From: Bacillota bacterium
GTDB lineage: Bacteria > Bacillota > Clostridia > Christensenellales > CAG-917
Direction: 5' to 3'
DNA: 64,000 nt
Assembly: GCA_023665365.1 (NCBI GenBank)
Contig: JAMPEA010000007.1
Location: forward strand, 4,516-68,515
Below, piece by piece: positions 57,570-64,000 of the stretch (positions are counted from its first letter, which is position 1; each line of letters starts with the position of its first letter). A program made the position numbers and the translations under genes. Under the pieces are notes generated by a model. The model worked only from the letters and a program-made list of their open reading frames with translations. It searched no databases and was not told the origin of the DNA.

Positions 57570-58322
57570 TTAAATTTCGCAAACTTCAACGAGCTTACAG
57601 TCGATAAGGTCGCACGAAGTTAGTATATAGGAAATGCCGTTTTTTTCAACGACGGGCTTGACCCTTACGTTTTTCCCGTGCAGATGTCCGTATAGCGCAT
57701 AATCGACTTTATAGTTTTCAAGCAGTTGAGTGACAGCGGTGTCCGCAAAATTGGCTTCAAACGGCGGATAGTGTAACATTACAATAAGCACGTCACCTCT
57801 GCGCCTTAATTTCAGTGCTTGGCGCAAAGACAGTTCGAGCCTGATAAGCTCTCGGTTGAATATCTTTAAATCCGCGTTGTCCGTATCCTTTGAGGGGATA
57901 GTCCAGCCCCTTGTCCCTGCAACGACGACCCCTTTTTCAAGACTGTCGCCCGTACTTTGGCAAGAATCTTCGCCACTTGTCAAAGGTGGAGTTATTCGAT
58001 ATGCGTTGTTTTGCAGAAAATCGAACTCGGGGAAGTTGCGTTGCATTTTTATGAGTGAGTTCCAATATAAATCGTGGTTGCCTTTGACGACGATTTTTCT
58101 GCCGTCAAGTTCGGATACGAGCGCGTAGTCGGGTTTTGCTTCGTCTATCGTCATACCCCACGACATATCTCCGCCAAGCAAAACGAGGTCGTCTTTCCCG
58201 ACCTTTGCGTGCCAATCCTCGCAAATCTTTTCAAAGTGGTTGTTCCACGACGTTCCGAAGATATTCATCGGCTTTTCGACCGCGCTTGACAAATGTAAAT
58301 CGCTTATCGCAAATACTTTCAT
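57570..58322 (-). CDS. metallophosphoesterase (calcineurin-like)
   Basis: Motifs ISDLHL, GGDMSW, KGNHD, MLHYPP and YGHLHG. Confidence 0.8.
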   Translation of the reverse strand: MKVFAISDLHLSSAVEKPMNIFGTSWNNHFEKICEDWHAKVGKDDLVLLGGDMSWGMTIDEAKPDYALVSELDGRKIVVKGNHDLYWNSLIKMQRNFPEFDFLQNNAYRITPPLTSGEDSCQSTGDSLEKGVVVAGTRGWTIPSKDTDNADLKIFNRELIRLELSLRQALKLRRRGDVLIVMLHYPPFEANFADTAVTQLLENYKVDYALYGHLHGKNVRVKPVVEKNGISYILTSCDLIDCKLVEVCEI

Positions 58323-58357
58323 AAAAGTATTATAACATAAAAAAGTCGACTTGTAAC
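58323..58357 (-). promoter_or_regulatory. extended -10 promoter giving a leaderless metallophosphoesterase mRNA
   Basis: On the minus strand: GTTACA (58352-58357), 17 nt, TGTTATAAT (58329-58337), 6 nt (actttt), ATG (58320-58322). No SD. Confidence 0.6.
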
Positions 58358-58530
58358 GATTTTATAATCAAATAGTCAATGTGACGTGCATTTTTAAATT
58401 TAAGTAGGTTAGATATTTAAAAACGCCGCCGATAAATATATTAAAATGTGTCAAAAGGCGCAGATTGCGCCTTTTGGATTTAGCGATTATTCGCACTTTG
58501 AGTATCTTGCCAGCGACCTATTATTTATAG

Positions 58531-59163
58531 TTAGGACGGGAAAAGCGGCAGGTCGAATACGCCTTGGCAGGCATCTTGGCTGAACTCAGTGCACTGCGGA
58601 ATTCTGCAATAGCCGTAGGACGGGATAAGCAGATTTACGTCCGCCTGCACTTTGAGAATGACCGTTATGCAGCTTGTAATCGTAAACGTGTTGTCGCTTA
58701 CATAAGTACCTCTGGGCGCCGCCATATTTACGGTTGCCGCAATCGTAGGCGCGATGACGCTGCCTGTCGGCACGCACATGATGACGTCCTGTGATACCGA
58801 TACGGTGCCCGTACCCGTGCCGGCTACGCCGTTTGCGTCGGTATAGGAAATTTGGACGGGTATCGCAATCGTGGTTGTTACTCTCGAAAGCCCCGGTCTG
58901 TCGGCGATAGGCGTGACGGTGAGGGCGGTGATTGTGCCGACGTTCGAAGTGGACGAGCCGCTTACGAAGGTCAAGGGCAAAGTCGGGTCGGCAGGCGTGA
59001 GGTTTGTAAGCGTGACGGTGCTGTCTATACTTGTCTGCATCATACAGGCGTCAAAAATTTTCGTAGTCTGAATGCAGACTTTTTCGCACAAACCGTTCAT
59101 CGGATTGCCGTTGATGTTCCCGGGACATCTGTCTTGTGTAGAATTGTTATTGCAAAAAGACAT
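58531..59163 (-). CDS. hypothetical Cys-rich, T/S/V/I-rich beta protein; possibly spore coat/exosporium (CotY/CotZ/ExsY-like layout)
   Basis: Strong SD AAAGGAGG. Cys clusters lie at both ends (FCNNN..RCPG..GLCEKVCIQ..FDACM and YGYCRIPQC..DACQG) around a long Thr/Val-rich core. There is no signal peptide. The family assignment is a guess. Confidence 0.45.
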   Translation of the reverse strand: MSFCNNNSTQDRCPGNINGNPMNGLCEKVCIQTTKIFDACMMQTSIDSTVTLTNLTPADPTLPLTFVSGSSTSNVGTITALTVTPIADRPGLSRVTTTIAIPVQISYTDANGVAGTGTGTVSVSQDVIMCVPTGSVIAPTIAATVNMAAPRGTYVSDNTFTITSCITVILKVQADVNLLIPSYGYCRIPQCTEFSQDACQGVFDLPLFPS

Positions 59164-59472
59164 CTTTTTACCTCCTTTTTATTTACTGCAATATATGTAT
59201 AATCGAAAAAACTTGTGATTTTGGCGACGCGACCACGTAATGATGTGTAATATTTTTTAAACCTAAACAGTTTTATTGAAGATATGAAAACCTTAAAAAC
59301 AGTCTAAATAAGTTATCGTTTTAAAATAAATTATATTAGGAAAGGGGGCGCATCGGCGCATATTTTCAGGTGCGGTAAACAAGTTTACTAATTTTAAACG
59401 ATAAAATTAACTTGTTTACTATTGAATTTTAAATTTTTTCAAAAAATCCTACTAAACAGCTGAAAAAAATTT

Positions 59473-59524
59473 TTGGACAAAATTGGACAAAATTGTTGAC
59501 AAGCGTTTTTTTTGATGATACTAT
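59473..59524 (+). promoter_or_regulatory. mraZ/dcw promoter with three 10-bp-phased direct repeats (candidate MraZ operator)
   Basis: TTGGACAAAA (59473-59482), TTGGACAAAA (59483-59492) and TTGTTGACAA (59493-59502). The -35 TTGACA (59496-59501), 17 nt, then -10 TACTAT (59519-59524). Confidence 0.6.
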
Positions 59525-59561
59525 ATCGTCACAACGCTAAAATTCACGACAAGGATGAGTT

Positions 59562-60029
59562 ATGCAAGACACTGTTTTCGGAAGCTACCAAAATGCGGTC
59601 GGCGCAAATCGCGTGAGAATTCCTGCGAAGTTCAGGAGTTTTCTCGGCGACGACGTTATCGCAACTATCGGTGCGGACGGCTGTTTCTTGCTCATGCCCA
59701 AGTGCAATAAGGATTCCGTCCTTAAAAACTACGTCAAAATGGACGACCCGTATATGTCGGAGTTTAAAGAGACCGCTCGCGTCGTCAACAGACTTACAAC
59801 GAAAGTCGAGCTTGACGTACAGGGCAGGATAACCATCGACGACTCCTTGAAAAGAATTTGCAAAGGACTTATTGATACCGAGTCGATTACGTTCTGCGGA
59901 ATGGGCGATTATATCGAAGCCTGGCCGACGAAAGTATACGACAGGAAGTACGGCAATGCGGACGGCGACGCCGACGACTTCGACAGCTTGATAGCAAGCC
60001 TCAAAGCCAAGCTCGGGAAAGCGGACTGA
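59562..60029 (+). CDS. mraZ: transcriptional regulator MraZ
   Basis: Two SpoVT/AbrB-like halves (NRVRIPAKFRSFLG and QGRITIDDSLKRI). It is the first gene of the dcw cluster. Confidence 0.85.
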   Translation: MQDTVFGSYQNAVGANRVRIPAKFRSFLGDDVIATIGADGCFLLMPKCNKDSVLKNYVKMDDPYMSEFKETARVVNRLTTKVELDVQGRITIDDSLKRICKGLIDTESITFCGMGDYIEAWPTKVYDRKYGNADGDADDFDSLIASLKAKLGKAD

Positions 60030-60041
60030 CGGAGTATGACA

Positions 60042-60977
60042 ATGGAATTTCATCACGTACCCGTAATGCTTGCCGAATGTATAGAGGAGCTAAACGTCAA
60101 AGCGGACGGAATATACGTCGATTGCACCGTCGGCGGAGCGGGACACTCGTGTGAAATCGCAAAGCGACTAAATAGCGACGGACGCTTGATTGCGGTCGAT
60201 AAAGACGCCGACGCGCTTATGGTTGCGGGAGAGCGGCTTAAAGAATACGGAAAGCAAGTCACCTTCTTGCACGACGATTTTAAAAATCTGACGCAGGACC
60301 TCGACGTACTGAATATCGAAAGCGTTGACGGAATTTTGATTGACCTCGGCGTATCGAGCTATCAACTCGACAACGCGGAACGCGGGTTCAGCTATATGAA
60401 GGACGCGCCCCTCGATATGAGAATGGACAGAAGCCAATATCTGAGCGCATTCAACGTCGTAAACGAGTTCAGCGCGGGCGAGATAATAAAAATTCTTTAC
60501 GACTACGGCGAGGAGAAGCTGGCAAAGCGAATAGCGGAAAACATAATCCGCGTGCGCTCCAAGCAGACGATAGAGACGACCTTACAGCTTGCAAAGATAG
60601 TTGAGAACAGCTATCCCGCGGCAACGAGATATAAATACGGGCATCCCGCAAAGCGCACCTTTCAAGCGATACGCATTGCTGTCAACGACGAGCTTAGCGC
60701 TTTAAAAGAGAGCGTCAAGCAAATGGCTATGAGGCTGAAAAGCGGCGGGCGAATGGCAGTGATAACTTTCCACTCGCTTGAAGACAGGATAATCAAAACG
60801 GCTTTTAAGGAGCTTAGCGCCGATTGCACCTGTCCGTCGGATTTCCCGATATGCGTGTGCGGCAACAAAAAGACTGTCGAGCTCGTAAACAAAAAGCCGA
60901 TTCTTCCGAGCGACGAGGAACTGAAAAACAACTCCCGCTCGCAGAGTGCGAAACTGAGAATAATAGAAAAAATATAA
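60042..60977 (+). CDS. rsmH: 16S rRNA (cytosine1402-N4)-methyltransferase
   Basis: Motifs HVPVML, DCTVGGAGHS, DLGVSSYQLD and ITFHSLEDR. Confidence 0.93.
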   Translation: MEFHHVPVMLAECIEELNVKADGIYVDCTVGGAGHSCEIAKRLNSDGRLIAVDKDADALMVAGERLKEYGKQVTFLHDDFKNLTQDLDVLNIESVDGILIDLGVSSYQLDNAERGFSYMKDAPLDMRMDRSQYLSAFNVVNEFSAGEIIKILYDYGEEKLAKRIAENIIRVRSKQTIETTLQLAKIVENSYPAATRYKYGHPAKRTFQAIRIAVNDELSALKESVKQMAMRLKSGGRMAVITFHSLEDRIIKTAFKELSADCTCPSDFPICVCGNKKTVELVNKKPILPSDEELKNNSRSQSAKLRIIEKI

Positions 60978-61010
60978 AAAAATAAAAACCACAAAAGGGG
61001 AACAGAAACT

Positions 61011-61568
61011 ATGATGACACTCGACGAATTGTTAGGAAACCAAACACAAACCGCGGAAAGATTTCCGTCTTATGAGGAATTCGCTTCTTCTCGCAATAGG
61101 TCTTATGCGCGCAACGAAAGCGACGTAATCGACAGTTACGACCAGTTCGGATATGCGCCGTCGGCTGTAATCGAAGACGAGTACGTTCCCTCATACACGC
61201 AGGATATAATCAGACCATACACAAGAAATCAAAATTTCTACGAGTACGTTGCGCGTCAGAATAAGGAGACGACCGACGCCGACCTCTACGCGAGACTTTC
61301 TCGCTCAAACGAGAGTTTGCGTCCTGTGTTCGACCGCAATGAAAGCGCCGAGATGACAGCGGCTTTCCAAAATACCAAAGCCGACCAAAAGAAGCGCGGC
61401 AGACTCAACACCAAGGGCAAACTCATAGTAGGCGCATTCGTCGCGCTTGTAATCACGACGGTTTCGCTCATCATAGCGTTTGCAGGCAAAATCAACAGCG
61501 GCACGGCAGTAGTCCCTGCCTCTAACGCGGGCGCGGTGTCGGTATCTGTGCAAAGCGCAAATCTGTAA
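61011..61568 (+). CDS. hypothetical single-pass membrane protein in the ftsL position of the dcw cluster
   Basis: 185 aa. It has a ~140-aa polar N-terminal region, one TM (LIVGAFVALVITTVSLIIAFAG), and only ~25 aa after the TM. SD AAAGGGGAA is present. Confidence 0.5.
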   Translation: MMTLDELLGNQTQTAERFPSYEEFASSRNRSYARNESDVIDSYDQFGYAPSAVIEDEYVPSYTQDIIRPYTRNQNFYEYVARQNKETTDADLYARLSRSNESLRPVFDRNESAEMTAAFQNTKADQKKRGRLNTKGKLIVGAFVALVITTVSLIIAFAGKINSGTAVVPASNAGAVSVSVQSANL

Positions 61569-61614
61569 GCCGTATCAATCATAAAATCCGCCTCTGTCAA
61601 ATAAAATCTTTGAT

Positions 61615-63534
61615 ATGAGGAAGGACAAAACGAGTATCAATCATCTCTATAACCCAACAAAAAGACTGCCGATAGTTTTGCTATTGGCGGTCTTTTTATT
61701 CGTTGCGGTATTTGCGAAAATGTTTGCGGTGATAATCCTCGACGGAGGAAATCTGCAACTCAAAGCGATTAGCCAGTGGTTGCGCGATTTGCCTACGGAC
61801 GCGCCTCGCGGGAGCATACTCGACAGAAACGGCAATATACTTGCGTCCACCGCTACGAGATACAATCTCTACGTCAGACCTTCCGCAACTTCCGATAAAC
61901 CCGCGGTCGCGCAACTGCTGTCGGGCGTATTCGGATACGACTACGCTAAGACGCTCGAAAAAATATCCAAACGCACCTCGGAGGTCACTGTCGCAACGCA
62001 GGTCACTAAGGAGCAGTTGAACGTAATTTATAATGCGGGTCTCGACGGAATTTATTATTCTGAGGACAACTATCGCTACTATCCCTACGGAGACTTTATG
62101 ACGCAGGTGCTCGGATTTTGCAGCAGCGATGGCTTCGGACAAACGGGACTCGAAGCGTACTACGATAAATATCTTACAGGCGTAAACGGACAGATTATGA
62201 CCGAAACCGACCTCATCGGCAGGGAACTCGGCGCGGGGACGTATTATCTGCCGTCCATTGCGGGAATGAACGTGGTGACTACGCTCGACAGCGGCATACA
62301 GCGTATCGTGGACGGAGCGGTTGCGACCGCCGTAGCGAGGTTTAATCCGAAAGCCGTGGCGTGCATAGTGATGGATTACGATACGGGCGGCGTAGTTGCG
62401 CTGTCCGAATATCCGTCATTCGATTTGAACAACGTTCCGCGCGACGATTTGGAAGCGCTGTTTTCGTACTCGAAAAGCAATATCGTATCGTCAGTATACG
62501 AACCGGGGTCTACGTTTAAAATTTTGACGTCGGCAGCCGCGCTCGACGCGGGAGCGATAAGCGTATCGGACAGATTTTACTGCGCGGGGTCGCGGACGGT
62601 GGACGGACAGCGCATCAGATGCTGGAAGGCAAGAGGGCATGGCTCGATAAATTTCGCCGAGGGCGTAGAGGGCAGCTGTAACTGCGTATTTATGGACTGC
62701 GCGTTGAGAATGGGTACGGATAAATTCTACGATTATCTGAGAAATTTCGGGCTCACGAAAAAAACGGGCATAGATATGACGGGCGAAACGAGCGGAATAT
62801 TTATTGCGCAAAACGCGGTGAAAACCGTAGATTTAGCACGCATAGGATTCGGGCAGGCGGTCGCGGTCACGCCTATCGGGCTTATCAGCGCAACGTCCGC
62901 GGTGATGAACGGCGGCAGAGCCGTCACGCCTCATTTGCTTTCGGGCGTTACGGATATATATGGCAATTCGGTTGCGAATGCGGGAAATTACGCGCAGGGC
63001 AATCAAGTGGTTTCAAAAAATACGTCCGATACCATGAGAACTCTGCTCGAAAGCGTCGTAACGACTGGTAGCGGAAAGGGCGCATACGTAGCGGGTTATA
63101 AAATCGCGGGAAAGACGGGAACTGCGCAAAAATACGCAAACGGCTCGATTGCAAGCGGAAAATATATCTCATCGTTTTTGGGCTTTTCCCTCACAAAAGG
63201 CGCAAATTACGCGGTGTTGTTTATCGTAGACGAGCCGAGCGGATATACCTATTACGGCTCGCAAGTTGCCGCGCCCGTCGTAGGTGATATATTTGCAAGT
63301 ATGTTCGACTACTTAGGCATTGCTCCGACGTATACGGGCGAGGAAGCCGAAATCATCGGCGAAAAATTCAGTCTGCCGAATTTTTGCGGAATGAGTTTGT
63401 CCGAAGCGAGAAACGCGCTTGCAAAGCTCGGACTGTACTGCGAAATCGACGGTGACGGAAGCACTGTCAAATCGCAATATCCGACGGCAGGGGTCACGGT
63501 GGATAAACGGAACGCCGTGCTGCTTATAACTTGA
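61615..63534 (+). CDS. class B penicillin-binding protein (FtsI/PBP2B/SpoVD type) with one C-terminal PASTA domain
   Basis: N-terminal TM, transpeptidase motifs STFK (EPGSTFKILT) and KTGT (AGKTGTAQK), and a PASTA tail (LPNFCGMSLSEARNALAKLGL). Confidence 0.9.
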   Translation: MRKDKTSINHLYNPTKRLPIVLLLAVFLFVAVFAKMFAVIILDGGNLQLKAISQWLRDLPTDAPRGSILDRNGNILASTATRYNLYVRPSATSDKPAVAQLLSGVFGYDYAKTLEKISKRTSEVTVATQVTKEQLNVIYNAGLDGIYYSEDNYRYYPYGDFMTQVLGFCSSDGFGQTGLEAYYDKYLTGVNGQIMTETDLIGRELGAGTYYLPSIAGMNVVTTLDSGIQRIVDGAVATAVARFNPKAVACIVMDYDTGGVVALSEYPSFDLNNVPRDDLEALFSYSKSNIVSSVYEPGSTFKILTSAAALDAGAISVSDRFYCAGSRTVDGQRIRCWKARGHGSINFAEGVEGSCNCVFMDCALRMGTDKFYDYLRNFGLTKKTGIDMTGETSGIFIAQNAVKTVDLARIGFGQAVAVTPIGLISATSAVMNGGRAVTPHLLSGVTDIYGNSVANAGNYAQGNQVVSKNTSDTMRTLLESVVTTGSGKGAYVAGYKIAGKTGTAQKYANGSIASGKYISSFLGFSLTKGANYAVLFIVDEPSGYTYYGSQVAAPVVGDIFASMFDYLGIAPTYTGEEAEIIGEKFSLPNFCGMSLSEARNALAKLGLYCEIDGDGSTVKSQYPTAGVTVDKRNAVLLIT

Positions 63535-63581
63535 TTGCGCTAATAAATAATAAATTATAGAAAAAATATCAAAAGTAGCGA

Positions 63582-63620
63582 ATTTTACGCAAAAAACGCG
63601 TAAAATCCGCTTCTTTTTTA
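63582..63620 (+). terminator. weak AT-rich terminator after the PBP gene
   Basis: ATTTTACGC-aaaaaac-GCGTAAAAT followed by ccgcTTCTTTTTT. Confidence 0.45.
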
Positions 63621-63933
63621 TTGTCTGAAATGCAGAAAATCCGCTAAATGAAAATCTAAAAAATGTTGTTATAAAAACCCGACGTCGAGCGAGAAGAAAC
63701 GCATATATGCGTGAGTGTTTTTAGTTTATTTCGAGGCAAGCTAGCGAAGTTAAGCGGAGCCACTAACGGTCTAAATGCATATTGAGACAAAAGCAATCCG
63801 CATATGTGTTTTTTTCAGAGCGAGGAGTTGGGTATAAAAAAATATTCTGTTTATGTCTTGTTTTGCGATGCCGTTGATAATGTGATTTACACTTACTATT
63901 ATTAGAATGTAAATACTCTTGGAGGCTTGACTG

Positions 63934-64000
63934 ATGGAACTTGGAAAACTTTTGCATAACGTCGGCGTACTCGATATGAACGCCGACATAAACGCAGATA
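63934..64000 (+). CDS. murE: probable UDP-MurNAc-L-Ala-D-Glu--2,6-diaminopimelate ligase, 5' fragment (runs off the window)
   Basis: GGAGG lies 8 nt before ATG 63934. The 22 visible codons are MELGKLLHNVGVLDMNADINAD. The call rests on dcw gene order and the N-terminal pattern only. Confidence 0.4.
   Translation, partial: MELGKLLHNVGVLDMNADINAD

Noticed and set aside
59186-59200. A sigma-K/sigma-E type -10 (CATATATT) upstream of the Cys-rich gene.
   Set aside because: It matches the CATA-N3-TA / CATACA-T consensus only partially, and no convincing -35 partner is present. I kept it only as a remark inside the finding, not as a feature.
59361-59375. A CodY-box-like sequence, ATATTTTCAGGTGCG, in the mraZ upstream spacer.
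   Set aside because: Only the left half (TTTTCAG) fits AATTTTCWGAAAATT and the right half does not match.
61596-61617. A possible leaderless start for the PBP gene (TAAAAT-7-ATG, no SD).
   Set aside because: There is no credible -35. The gene sits inside the mraZ operon 46 nt after the preceding stop, so this is more likely an SD-poor internal start than a separate leaderless transcript.
63763-63989. Two overlapping 64-72-aa minus-strand ORFs in the pbp-murE spacer.
   Set aside because: They are low-complexity with no SD, they overlap the murE start and its SD on the other strand, and the two frames are mutually exclusive. They are most likely random ORFs in AT-rich DNA.

Overview
This is a 64-kb chromosomal segment that looks like a spore-forming Firmicute (Clostridia-like). 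GC is roughly 50% by eye, and gene order resembles Bacillus/Clostridium. I call about 61 protein-coding genes, nearly all housekeeping. In order: purL (5' partial), folD, rpsT, gpr, murI, comM-dprA-topA-trmFO-hslVU-hisS, trxA, glyA, nth, nfnAB-like, obg, nadD-yqeK, rsfS, an FMN riboswitch with ribU-tsaE-tsaB-rimI, murF-like plus ddl, yggS-sepF-lspA-rluD, rqcH, tig-clpP-clpX-engB, and mraZ-rsmH-(ftsL position)-pbp-murE (3' partial). Scattered among these are secreted or membrane proteins, two S8 subtilases and several domain-less hypotheticals. I found no rRNA, tRNA, CRISPR array, transposase, integrase, prophage or recognisable multi-gene defence module, so I cannot point to a clear-cut new system. 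The most unusual things I can support from the sequence are: (1) an FMN riboswitch in front of an in-frame RibU-TsaE fusion that heads the t6A operon; (2) an alpha/beta hydrolase whose conserved N-terminus sits in frame directly after the rimI stop codon, with no canonical start but a well-placed Shine-Dalgarno; (3) a MurF-type ligase whose N-terminal domain is replaced by a polytopic membrane domain; (4) at least six genes with a sigma-A-type promoter whose -10 box lies exactly 6 nt before the ATG and no SD (leaderless candidates); (5) a 12-mer, AAAGTATTATAA, that recurs as inverted pairs at three loci; (6) a 125-bp palindromic element after obg; (7) a low-GC heparinase-like gene wedged between rluD and rqcH. 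All functional calls rest on motif recognition by eye. No database search was run.
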